A stretch of 64,000 bases of DNA from Squalus acanthias (Eukaryota). The DNA lies in the NCBI GenBank assembly GCA_030390025.1, contig CM059431.1, positions 104,162,001 through 104,226,000 of the forward strand, read 5' to 3'. Made by a program: the position numbers and the translations under genes. A model generated the notes under the pieces. The model saw nothing but the letters and a program-made list of their open reading frames with translations. It had not been told where the DNA came from and did not search any database. Below are positions 37,780 to 49,033 of this stretch, piece after piece (position 1 is the first letter of the stretch; each line of letters opens with the position of its first letter).

Positions 37780-38364
37780 CAGTGATGTTTGATACAAATA
37801 CTCCGAATGGTGAATAAATGTTTAGACCTCTCGATTAACAATTTATCGCTAAATGTTTATTGCTGAAATTCCAATTCCCATTCTGAACTGCCATCTATAT
37901 TTCTGCATCTAACCAATGTTACTTTCACAAATTAATAACGAATCCATTGTACATCTGCCCGACAATTGTGCCAGTGAGGCAGTAACTACACTCTGAAATT
38001 CTCCTGCACATGAGCAGTTTTTCATTAGAAAATACAGGAACGTGGTTTTGACGTGCATTCCGCCTGTTCAAGAAGCGATCTAATTGATCTGCAACTTTCT
38101 AATGGGTGCAGAGATTTTGACATTAGATATTTCTGGTCAAGCTCCCTTCTGCATAGAGTTAGTGGTCCATCACGACATCCCCAAATACAAAAGGCACAGG
38201 TCTAATAAATCCCTTGCATGAGCTGAGATGTTCAAGCATCCTGATTGGACCAAGCCTGTTAGGGACACAGTCACATCTGCAGTGTCACAGGGAACGCTCT
38301 GGGCCGTTGCTGATGATGATTTTGAGAGGATGAATTGCATCTGGGATTGTTCTCCTTCGAGCAG

Positions 38365-38515
38365 CAAAGGCGAAGGGGAGATTTAATAGAGTTGTTCTGA
38401 ATTATGAAGGGTTTTGATAGAGCAAATAAGGAGAAACTGTTTCCACTGGCAGGAGGTGGTCAGGAACCAGAGGACACAGATTTAAGGTAATTGGCAAAAG
38501 AACCAGAGGCGAGAT
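38365..38515 (+). mobile_element. Short CR1 fragment
   Basis: aggggagatttaatagag..aaactgtttccactggcagg..accagaggacacagatttaagg. Confidence 0.7.
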
Positions 38516-40371
38516 GTGGATGGTTAAGAAAAGAACAGTCACACTGTGTTCATCACACTCCTGAAACAGTAATATGGTGCAATGTCACTCACAGTATCTA
38601 ATTTTAGCATCTATATGCTATATGAATTGTCTATGTTTTTATTAGTTTAGGCTTTGAGTTTACACCGTGGGATGCCAATATGTCTGAAATTCTTATCTAT
38701 GATATTTTAGCTCAGTGCTGGGAGGATGACACATTTGAAGTGAAAGAGTTACAGAAACGTTTCTGCTAAAATAGTGGAGATGAATTTCAAACAGAAGCAC
38801 TAAGGGGGAGAAATTCAATTGGTTAGCGCCTCCCGTTAGCGGCTGGCGGGGGCGCTAACAGGGCGCTAATGAAGCAGCGCCGGGGTGAGGCAAATCCAGC
38901 GCCGCACGCCAAATACAAATGCCCCTCAGTGCCGCCACTAACAGTTTGTGCCTGGGGCTTTAGCGCCAGGCAGATCGTGACATCAGTGTGTGTGCAACGC
39001 TCACTGGGCGCCTGATCTGCCAAATTGATTATCGCCCCCTGCCTTAGCATCTCGCCCCAACAACGACAGGAAGAGGAGGCGTGAAGCAGGTGGATGGCGG
39101 CTCCAGGGGCACTATTTAAAGGGAACAGTCGCAGCTGTCAGGTTAGTGCTGTTTCACTGCTTCCTGGTCAGTTTGCAATTGTGCAAGAGTTTAATTCAGT
39201 CATTTAAAGGTTTTTTAGTAGCAGGAGTGCTGTGGCTACTAGAAATTTGTTGCATTTATTCTGACAAAATTTCAAAGTGCTACACATTACATTAATGGGG
39301 GCTGTACTGTCAGTCGACCGCGCCCTCCAGGATCTACTGCGGAGGGAGTGGAGGCAGCGAGAAAGATTGCAAGATCTGGCCAGAGGGAGGAGGAGGGCCA
39401 TCAGGGCTCTCAACGGGAGGCCTTACCCTCCGAGGGTATTCCGAGAGCACTTCTCCTTCCTCCAATTAAGTGAGGAGCAGTGCATTAGAAGGCTTTGCTT
39501 CAGCAAGGAGGTGGTCACCGAACTCTGTCACCTACTGCAACCAGACTTCCAGCCTCAGATCAGGTCGACCACGGCTCTCTCAGTGAGAGTCAAGGTCACC
39601 GTCGCCCTCAATTTCTTCGCCAGTGATTTCTTCCAGTCTGAAACAGGACATATAGCGAAAATCTCGCAGTTCACCATCCATCGCTGCATCCGAGAGGTCA
39701 CAGAGGCTCTCTACAGTAGGAGAAGGGATTACATTTCCTTCCCCATCACCAGAGTGAAGCAGGATGAACGTGCATGTGGCTTTGCCAGGATAGCGGGCTT
39801 CCCCATAGTGCTGGGTGCCATAGACTACACCCACGTGGGTTTGCGGGCCCCGCATGAAAATCCTGAGATCTTCTGTAACCACAAAGGCTACCACTCACTT
39901 AATGTGCAGTTGGTGTGTGACCACAGACAGCGAATCCTCACCTTCAATGCCTGCTATCCTGGCAACAGCCATGATGCCTTCATCCTGTGCCACCACTCTT
40001 CAAGTCACCACGTCAAGCTTGCGGCTGGCTGGTCGGAGACAAGGGCTATCCGCTCTCCACCTGGCTCATGACTCCTCTCCGCAACCCCAACACTCCTGCT
40101 CAGCACTCATATAATGAGAGCTATGCTGCCATCAGGAACATCATCGAGCAGACCATCGGAGTGCTCAAGCAACGGTTCCGCTGCCTTGACCGCTCGGGAG
40201 GAGCCCTCCAGTACTCGGCTGAGTGGGTGTCCCATTTCAGTGTGCTGCATGCTCCACAACTTGGCCATCATGAGGGCCCAGCCCTTGCCACCAGGGATTG
40301 CGTCACCACCTCAGGAGGAGTAAGAGGGAGAGGAACACGAGGAGGAGGGTGAGGACGAGGAGGAAGAGGAA

Positions 40372-42503
40372 AAACATAGAAACATAGAAACATATAAAAA
40401 TAGGAGCAGGAGTAGGCCATTTGGCCCTTCGAGCCTGCTCCGCCATTCAATATGATCATGGTTGATCCTCTATCTCAATACCATATTCCCGCTCTCTCCC
40501 CAGACCCCTTGATGCCTTTTGTGTCTAGAGATCTATCTATCTCCTTCTTAAATATATTCAGTGACTTGGCCTCCACAGCCTTCTGTGGTCGAGAATTTCA
40601 CAGGTTCACCACCCTCTGAGTGAAGAAATTTCTCCTCATCTCAGTCCTAAATGTCCTACCCCATATCCTGAGACTGTGACCCCTCGTTCTAGACCCCCCT
40701 GCCAGGGGAAACATCTTCCCTGCATCCAGTCTGTCTAGCCCTGTCAGAATTTTATACGTTTCAATGAGATCCCCATTCATTCTTCTAAACTCTAGTGAAT
40801 ACAGGCCTAGTCGTCCCAATCTCTCCTCATACGACAGTCCTGCCATCCCAAGAATCAGTCTGGTGAACCTTCGCTGTACTCCCTCTATGGCAAGTACTCC
40901 CTTTCTTAGGTGAGGAGACCAAAACTGCACACAGTACTCCAGGTGTGGTCTCACCAAGGCCCTGTATAACTGTAGTAAGACATCCTTGCTCCTGTACTCA
41001 AATCCTCTTGCAATGAAGGCCAACATACCATTTGCCTTCCTAACTGCTTGCTGCACCTGCATGTTTGCTTTCAGTGACTGGTGTACAAGGACACCCAGGT
41101 CCCTCTGCACATCAACATTTCCCAATCTATCACCATTTAAATAATACTCTGCCTTTCTGTTTTTCCTACCAAAGTGGATAACTTCATATTTATACATGTT
41201 ATACTGCATCTGCCATGTATTTGCCCACTCAGTCAACTTGTCTAAATCCCCTTGAAGCCTCTTTGCATCCTCTTCACAACTTACAATCCCACCTAGTTTT
41301 GTGTCATCAGCAAACTTGGGAATATTACATTTGGTTCCCTCATCCAAATCATTGATATATATTGTGAATAGCTGGGGCCCAAGCACTGATCCCTGTGGTA
41401 CTCCACTAGTCACCGCCTGCCACCACAAAAAAGATCCATTTATTCCTACTCTCTGTTTCCTGTCTGTTAACCAATTTTCAATCCATGCCAGTATATTACA
41501 ACCAATCCCATGTGCTTTAATTTTGCACACTAACCTCTTATGTGGGACTTTATCAAAGGCCTTCTGAAAATCCAAATACACCACATCCATTGGTTCTCCC
41601 TTATCTAGTCTACCAGTTACATCCTCAAAAAACTCCAATAGGTTTGTCAAACACGATTTCCCTTTCATAAATCCATGTTGACTTTGTCCAATCCCGTTGA
41701 TATTTTCTAAGTGTCCTGTTATCACATCCTTTATAATAGACTCTAGCATTTTCCCTACTACTGATGTTAGGCTAATCAGTCTGTAGTTCCCTGTTTTCCC
41801 TCTCCCTCCTTTTTCAAATAGTGGGGTTACATTTGCCACCCTCCAATCTGCAGGAACTATTCCATAATCTATAGAATTTTGGAAGATGACAACCAATGCA
41901 TCCACTATTTCCATGGCTACCTCTTTTAGTACTCTGGAATGCAAATTATCAGGCCCTCGGGATTTATCAGCTTTCAGTCCCATTAATTTCTCCAGCACAA
42001 TTTTTTTACTAATACTAATTTCCTTTAATTCCTCCTTCTCACTAAACCCCTGGGAAGTTATTTGTATCCTCTTCCGTGAAGACAGAACCAAAGTATTTGT
42101 TTAATTGCTCTGCCATTTCCTTGCTTCCCATTATAAATTCTCCCATTTCTGAATGTAAGGGACCTACATTTGTCTTCGCTAATCTTTTTCTTTTTACGTA
42201 CTTGTAGAAACTTTTACAATCCACTTTTATATTCCTTGCAAGTTTACTCTCATACTCTATTTTTCCCCTCTTAATCAATCTCTTGGTCCTTTTTTGCTGA
42301 ACTCTAAACTGCTCCCAATCCTCAGGCTTGCTACTTTTTCTGGCAACTTTATATGACTCCTCTTTGGATCTAATACTATCCTTAATTTCTTTTGTTAGCC
42401 ATGGTTGGGTCGCTTTTCCTTTAGTGTTTTTGCGCCAGAAAGGAATGTATAACTGTTGCAATTCATGCATTCGTTCCTTAAATGTTAGCCATTGCCTATC
42501 CAC
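40372..42503 (-). mobile_element. 5'-truncated CR1 LINE inserted in the Harbinger transposase
   Basis: (tttctatg)n tail at 40372-40400; ORF2 pieces 42042-42503 and 40598-42091. Confidence 0.95.
40598..42091 (-). pseudogene. CR1 ORF2 reverse transcriptase domain (497 aa open, truncated)
   Basis: [52 protein letters not shown]; premature TGA after RVVNL. Confidence 0.93.
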
Positions 42504-42906
42504 CTATCCACCAGCGAGGAGGAGAAGGAGGAGGAACAGGACCGAGGGAGGAGGCAGCCACTCAATCGGCCTTCCGGAAGGGCGGTCCGTGATCACCTCA
42601 TCAGACTGCAGTTCCAATAAATTAAACCCTAGATCCCCATTGTTCACCACATCCTCATCATTCCATCCCTGTCGCAGGCCATATCACCACAAAATCATCC
42701 AAAGCCAATTGATAAAGATAGCAATAATCAGTGAACACATATTTACAACAATATTTACTATTCACCCTTGTGCAATCCTTAGTGCCCCTCGTTACTGTGC
42801 CTTTGCCTACTCTAGTGCTCCTACGAATTGTTGGCCCAGTGGCTGCAGCAGGGCTGGTGGAAGGCTGCTGAGTGTCCGTGCGGGAGACTTCAGATGGCCT
42901 TGCAGG

Positions 42907-44660
42907 CTACCCTTGACCAGCCCTGGGCCTGGAAGGCCGGACTGTAGACTGCACCACCTCAGCATGGGCGGCAGCAGTCTGGGCTGGCTGGATGACAGGC
43001 AGCGACGAGGACAATGGCGGAGTGGCAGTGGTGGGAGCAGGAATGCTGTCATCCTGAGAGAGGACAGCAGGTTCCTGCTCCACTGACCCACTGGCACTCT
43101 CCCGGAGCAGCACCTCAGCATCCTGAGCAATCTCCTGGAGCTCAGATTGGTGGCCTGCTGCACCACCGTGAAAGCCCTGGTCGACGGTGGTAGACCCAGC
43201 CACAGTGGCAGCAGTCAGAACTTGCGTGGCATCAAGCTGAGACTGCATGAGAGCAGTCTGAGATTGGATGGCACCAAACATAGACTGCATTACAGCACTA
43301 AGACGTTGCATCACTTCCGCCTGTGCTGCAATGGAAGCTGCGACATCGCCCATCACACGTGGCATTAGGTTTGGGTCGCCACGGTCTCTCTGGGAGTCTA
43401 CCAACCTTTGCAGACTGGAAATGATGGGCTCCATGGTATGCGCAGAGCTCTGTGCAAGGTTGGAGGCGGACTCCTCCACGCTCCTTACCATTGCCGAGAG
43501 GCTCTCAGGCACCCATGCCATTGCACCTATCATCTCAGTGTGCAGGCCCATCACCCTTCTTCTAAATGCCTCCCCATCGAGGTCCTCATCTGAGTCTTGT
43601 GCAGCAGAAGTCAGGCGCGAATTCGCCCTCTGGGGAGCTGACTCCTGAGCTACCCTTTCCCCCTGGCCTTGCTGCAGCCCACTCATCCCCGGTGCCTCAC
43701 CCTGTGCAGATCCCACTACTATACTAGCCTCTAAAGAACGCTTAGTGCCGGTATCTGAGGTGGTGCCTGTAGGTGAGACATGCAGTGACGTGCTGTGTTC
43801 TTCATCCTCCTCTTCTCCCGCCTTGCTCTCTACGGTGCCCTCAGGGACAGGCTGCTCAGCTGTTTGCTCATTATCTGAAAGCATAAAGACACAAGAGTCG
43901 GGTTAAGGTGAGGGGAGGGGGGCAGGAAGGGGCAAGGCATGCCTACAGCATGATTAGCTGGAAAGTGCGAAAGGCTTGTAGAGTGAGGGGGAAGTGGGAT
44001 GTGAGAAGAAGGAGTAGGGATGAACATACCGTTGTCCCAAACGGAGTCAACGTTGCTGGTGCCCACGGCGCCCACCACCTGGCGCCCAATAATCTGCAGC
44101 ACTCTGTTCTCCAGCGCAGACAGTGGTTGGGTGTCAGGTTGTCCCCTGCCTGTGCGCCCCTGCTCCCTCCTGTTGTGAGCGACCTTGGCCTGCAAGAGAA
44201 AGGAAAGTGTGTGAGTGAGTGTGGAGCAATGTGTTTGGGAGATGTGCCTGTCATAGTTGAATAGCTGTCATTGTGTGCAAGGTGTGAGATGTGGGTGTGA
44301 GTGTTGGTAGGTAGAGAGTGTTGGTGGGTGAGCGCTGGGGGTGTGGTGCTTTGGGTAATGTGTGAAGACTGTGGTTCAGATGATGGTTTGTAGCATTTGC
44401 TGAAGCATTGATTCACCCTGACCACCCGAGTGAAGTCGTTAAATTTCTTCCTGCACTGTGTGTGGGTCCTGGGGACCACAGTGCTGCCCGAGACCTGCTG
44501 GGCTACCTCCCTCCACATGGTGCGGAAGACTTGTGGCGAGGGACCTCCTGCCACTTGCCGGGTAGAGCGTCGCCCTCCGTCTCTCCACAGCAAAGACCAA
44601 CGCCTCCAATACCTGGTCTCAGAATCTGCGGGCTCTCTCCCTGGGCCGTTGATTTGCCAT
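42907..44660 (-). pseudogene. Harbinger Myb/SANT-like DNA-binding protein gene, 3 exons (44660-44417, 44189-44030, 43874-42907)
   Basis: MANQRPRERARRF*DQVLEALVFAVERRRATLYP..MWREVAQQVSGSTVVPRTHTQCRKKFNDFTRVVR / AKVAHNRREQGRTGRG / acidic and coiled-coil-like exon; GT-AG introns in consistent phase; TGA at 44621-44619 and one frameshift in exon 1. Confidence 0.88.
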
Positions 44661-46157
44661 AATGACACCTCCTTCAGTGGCCCGGTTCCTTCTCCTGGGC
44701 CTTCTGCTGCTTGCTGAGACAGCTGCAGACCCAGCAATGCTGAGAATGAGGTTCTGCAGCATGAATGAACCTCCCCTTTAAGAACTGGAAAGAGCCTGTG
44801 GCAATGATGACTAGCGATTAGAACGCACCTGAAATTTCTTAGCGCTTTCAGTCTAACGCCACTGAGCTAGGTCGTTAACGCTTGATTTAGCGCTCCCGTC
44901 CTTTCTTTGAGCGATGAGAGTGAATTTTGCGTGCAGCGAGATTCATTAGCGCTTGAGCTCAATCTCAAACTTTTCCAAAGTTAGCACCCACTCCTGGGCG
45001 ATAATGAATTTCTCCCCCTAAGTGTTCAATTCAGATGTCTCACAGAGTAATGGCAAGCACTTAAATTGAATCAGTAAGGTACAATTGTGCAACATTTGTC
45101 AAAATGTGTACATTATCTTGCTATTCTAAGCATGACCACAGTTTATTTAGTTCAGCGGGACTATTGCTTTGTCCCGGTACGTTTACCACTTCTTACACAA
45201 GATCCGTAACGTCCGATGAGCCGAGGGAAGGAATTCCGTCTCGTTTGTTTTACAGCACTGTGCAATTGCGCAAAATTATACTGGCATACTCGATGTGGCC
45301 CTGTTAGCCGCTCTGAAGATACTGATCTATTTTTGGAAAATTGGCATGCATGTGGTGTCTTTATTCCAACAAAACATACAGAACAGCAACAAAACCAGCA
45401 AGTCGTGGCTGAAAAAATAGAGACATCTTGCCATGCTGTGTACTTTCTAAGTTTAATGCCACAATACAATTCACCTGCATCAATCCATGTCAATCCCGCC
45501 ACAATACACAATGTTCCCATTGCATAACGGCACAGGAGTAACCATTATTTTAACAAAGGAATTCATTTTGTCATATGTCAGATTTAACAAAAAAGATTGC
45601 AGTGATTATATTGCAGCTTGTGACTGGCAATCAGGTACCTATTATTCTTTAGTTGTTGGTATTGGAGATAGAGCATTTTTACTGTGTATTCATTGGTGTT
45701 GAAAATACTTGCAGCATAATTCGAGAAAATAACCGTGTTGTTGCATTTCCATTGTAATCTTTACCCCTTGTAAAAAAAAAAATATTGAAAAAACAACTCT
45801 CCAACAGACTTTAGTGAGTCTGCACAACAGCTGTGGCTGAGTGGGTAACTGCTGTTGCCAGCAGCTGGAATGGAAATTGAGGGGAAAAAAATAATATTTT
45901 AGGACTGCGGAATCGATTCTCTTATTCGGGTGGTCTTAGCTGCTGCCCCTTTCTATCTCTGGTGCCGCTGTAGTGACAGATGCAACAGAAGATCCAGCGT
46001 TGCGCCACTTGCTGTCTCGGTGATGGGGCTCGCTGTGGATGGGTATGAAAAGAACAGTCACATTGTGTTCACCCCACCCCTGTTAAAATGGTCAGCCTGC
46101 TTGGGTATCAGGAATGCACTCATTTTGTCTTTATTTTTTTTTCCTTAATTGATATAT

Positions 46158-46990
46158 TTAGAAACATAGAAACATATGGGCCAGAAATTCAGCTTTCAGG
46201 CTTCCTGCGGGTGCAAGCATCGCGCGCGTACTTGCCCACTGCGCCTGCCATTGTGGTTTGGGCCCACGAGGACTTCGGGTCCTGGGCCTTCTCCAGCTGC
46301 CGGCGCGCAGTGCTTGTGTATCCCAGGGGCGCAGTTAGTTCGAAGCGTCCCCTGGGATCACGTGGGCCATGGAGAGCCAATCCTAGCAGGGCATTTTCAT
46401 TCATAGATTTGACAGGAAGACCTGTCAAATCTATGAATAGAGATCGGCCCCAAAACCACACTTAAACTTCAAATACATTTTTTAAAAACATCACATTTTA
46501 AAAATAACTATAAGTTAAATAAATTAACTACTTTAAACAAAAATGTTAATTTTTGAAAAAATTAATTATACTTTGTAACGGTGCTAAAAATAAACTTACC
46601 TTTCTTTAAAGTATCTAAAAAAGATAAACCTGTTGAACAAATTTTTAAATTGTAATTAATTAACCACTTACCTTGTTAAAAACAGGCCTTGCGCCTCCTT
46701 TTTAAAAGTGCAGCTTCTCCATACTTACCTTCCCGGAGAAACCTGAAAAAAAAATCGAAGTTCGCTGCGTGCGTGCAGCCTCTCCCGTGCACGCGTTCGA
46801 CTTCTGAACCCTTCCCTTCAGGGGAACGGAAGTTCTGGTTTCCCGCGCATGCGCAGTGCATGCAGGAAACCGGCACTTCAGGTGGCCTTACGGGTGAGTA
46901 CACAGCGCGTACTCGCCCGACAACAGCCGAATTTCTGGCCCATAGAAAAATAGGAGCAGGAGTAGGCCATTCGGCCCATCGAGCCTGCGC
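46158..46990 (-). mobile_element. CR1 3' tail split by MITE
   Basis: tagaaacatagaaacata | atagaaaaataggagcaggagtaggccattcggccc. Confidence 0.7.
46178..46941. mobile_element. Non-autonomous Harbinger-like MITE family C (764 bp)
   Basis: Perfect TIRs GGGCCAGAAATTC / GAATTTCTGGCCC; colinear with 32476-33239. Confidence 0.9.
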
Positions 46991-47186
46991 CGGCTCTTTC
47001 GAAGAGCGATCAAACAACGTTTGGTCATTTGGAAAATGACGCTCCTCCTACCAGCCCACCCCACCACACCCCGTGTCTCCTCTAAATGTTGGCAGACATT
47101 TTTATTTAAACCTATAGGAGGGGATGCCACTGCTGTATAACTTTGTATCTGCACTACAACATAACAATTGTGGCCCCTGTTAATGC

Positions 47187-48000
47187 AACAACAAAAGCTT
47201 GTATTTATATAGCGCCTTTAATGTAGTAAAACGTCCCAAGACGCTGCACATGAGTATTTTAAGACAAAAAAATTGACACCGATCCACATAAGGATAAATT
47301 CGGGCAGGTGACCAAAAGCTTGGTCAAAGAGGTAGGTTTTAAGGAGCATCTTAAAGGATGAAAGAGAGGTATTGAGGCGGAGAGGCTTAGGCAGGGAATT
47401 CCAGAGCTTAGGGCCTAGGCAACAGAAGGCACGGCCACCAAAGGTTGAGCGATTATAATCAGGGCAGAATTAAAAGAGCGCAGATAACTCGGGGGGTTGT
47501 GGGGCTAAGGAGATTACAGAGATAGGAAGGGGCGAGGTCCATGGAGGGACTTGAAAACAAGGATGAGAATTATGAGATTGAGGCGTTGCTTAACCGGGAG
47601 CCAATGTAGGTCAGCGAGCACAGGGGTGATGGGTGAACGGGACTTGGTGCGAGTTAGGACACGGGCAGCTGAGTTTGGGATATCCTCAAGTTTACATAGG
47701 GTGGAATGTGGGAGGCCAGCCAGGAGTGCGTTGGAATATTCAAGTCTAGAGGTAACAAAGGCATGGATGAGGGTTTCAGCAGCGGATGAGCTGAGGCAAG
47801 GGCGGAGATGGGTGATGTTACGGAGGTGGAAGTAGGCAGTCTTTGTTATGCTGCGGATATGTGGTCGGAAGCTCATTTCAGGGTCAAATATGACACCAAG
47901 TTTCAGCCTCAAACAGATGTTAGGGAGAGGGATGGAGTCAGTGGCTAGGGAACGGAGTTTGTGGTGAGGACCAAAAACAATGGCTTCGGTCTTCCCAATA
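47187..48000 (-). mobile_element. L2 LINE 3' fragment
   Basis: LGVIFDPEMSFRPHI..AYFHLRNI..AETLIHAFVTSRLEYSNALLAGLP..LHWLPVKQR. Confidence 0.92.
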
Positions 48001-48204
48001 GCAACATAACAGGCAGCTTCACCACATGTTGGCTTTCAGTGTAATTCCTATTAACGATTTTTTTCTTAAACACTGGCTAATGGGTCAATAGAGTGAGCAC
48101 TTCTTAGAGTAATTTGCAAATCCATTGTAATTAATTGCTTCACCAATATAAGGACAATAATAGAATAATGACGCGCTGTATATTTCCAATAGATAAATCG
48201 ATCC

Positions 48205-48498
48205 TCCAATTCTGACTTCTTGACCATCCCCTGATTTCAATTGCTCCACCATTGGTGGCTGTGTCTTCAGCTGCCTAGGCCCTAAGCTCTGGAATTCCCT
48301 CCCTAAACCTCTCCACCTCTCTCTCCTCCTTTAAGACGCTCCTTAAAACCTATCTCTTTGACCAAGCTTTTGGTCACCAGCCCTAATATCTCCCTATGTG
48401 GCTCAGTGTCAAATTCTCTTTGCTAATCGCTCCTGTGAGGAGCCTTGGGACGGTTTGCTATGTTAAAGGCGCTATGTAAATGCAAGTTGTTGTTGTTG
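48205..48498 (+). mobile_element. L2 LINE 3' end
   Basis: ctaagctctggaattccctccctaaacc...aaaggcgctatgtaaatgcaag(ttg)n. Confidence 0.85.
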
Positions 48499-48585
48499 TA
48501 ATTGATCATTCTTTCTGAAAAAGGAGAGGGTCTCCCTGACTTGCAGCTGCCCTATTCTAGATTTGCAAATACCTTCTTGTACCCT

Positions 48586-48990
48586 AGAATCAGAGAAATC
48601 TATGGCACAGAAGGAGGCCATTCAGCCCATCGTGTCTGTGCTGGTCGACAAAGAGCTATCCAGCCTAATCTCACTTTCCGGCTCTTGGTCCGTAGTCCTG
48701 TAGGTTACGGCACTTCAAGTGCATATCCAAGTACTTTTTAAATGTGATGAGGGTTTCTGCCTCTACCACCCTTTCAGGCAGTGAGTTCCAGACCCCCACC
48801 ACCCTCTGGGTGAAACAATGTTTCCTCAACTCCCCTCTAACCCTTCTACCAATTACTTTAAATCTATGCCCCCCCCCGATTATTGACCTCTTTGCTAAGG
48901 GAAATAGGTCCTTCCTATCCACTCCATCTAGGCCCCTCATAATTTTACACACCTCAATTAGGTCGCCCCTCAGTCTCCTCTGTTCCAACT
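48586..48990 (-). mobile_element. CR1 LINE 3' fragment
   Basis: EQRRLRGDLIEV..FTQRVVGVWNSLPERVVEA. Confidence 0.88.
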
Positions 48991-49033
48991 ATTCAGACTA
49001 TTGTGCTACCTTCATGAGCAGTGCTGACATATA

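Larger units (their letters stand above)
39295..42620 (+). pseudogene. Harbinger (DDE_Tnp_4 / HARBI1-like) transposase, frameshifted and interrupted by CR1
   Basis: [69 protein letters not shown]; frameshifts near 39985 and 40235; stop at 40321; C-terminus GRAVRDHLIRLQFQ* at ~42576-42620. Confidence 0.93.
38804..45018. mobile_element. Full-length two-gene PIF/Harbinger DNA transposon (inactivated; ~4.1 kb without the nested CR1)
   Basis: Perfect 14-bp TIRs GGGGGAGAAATTCA / TGAATTTCTCCCCC; TAA TSD at 38801-38803 and 45019-45021; convergent transposase and Myb-like genes. Confidence 0.95.

Noticed and set aside
39295..40352. Domesticated host gene HARBI1
   Set aside because: It lies within TIRs and a TSD beside a Myb partner and has frameshifts, so it is a transposon copy
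42328..43648. Plus-strand ORFs of 252 and 126 aa
   Set aside because: They are antisense shadows of CR1 ORF2 and Myb exon 3, and one spans an element junction
45161..45527. ORFs on both strands and a ccgatgag hammerhead-like string
   Set aside because: No recognisable protein; no CUGANGA core with helix II and GAAA
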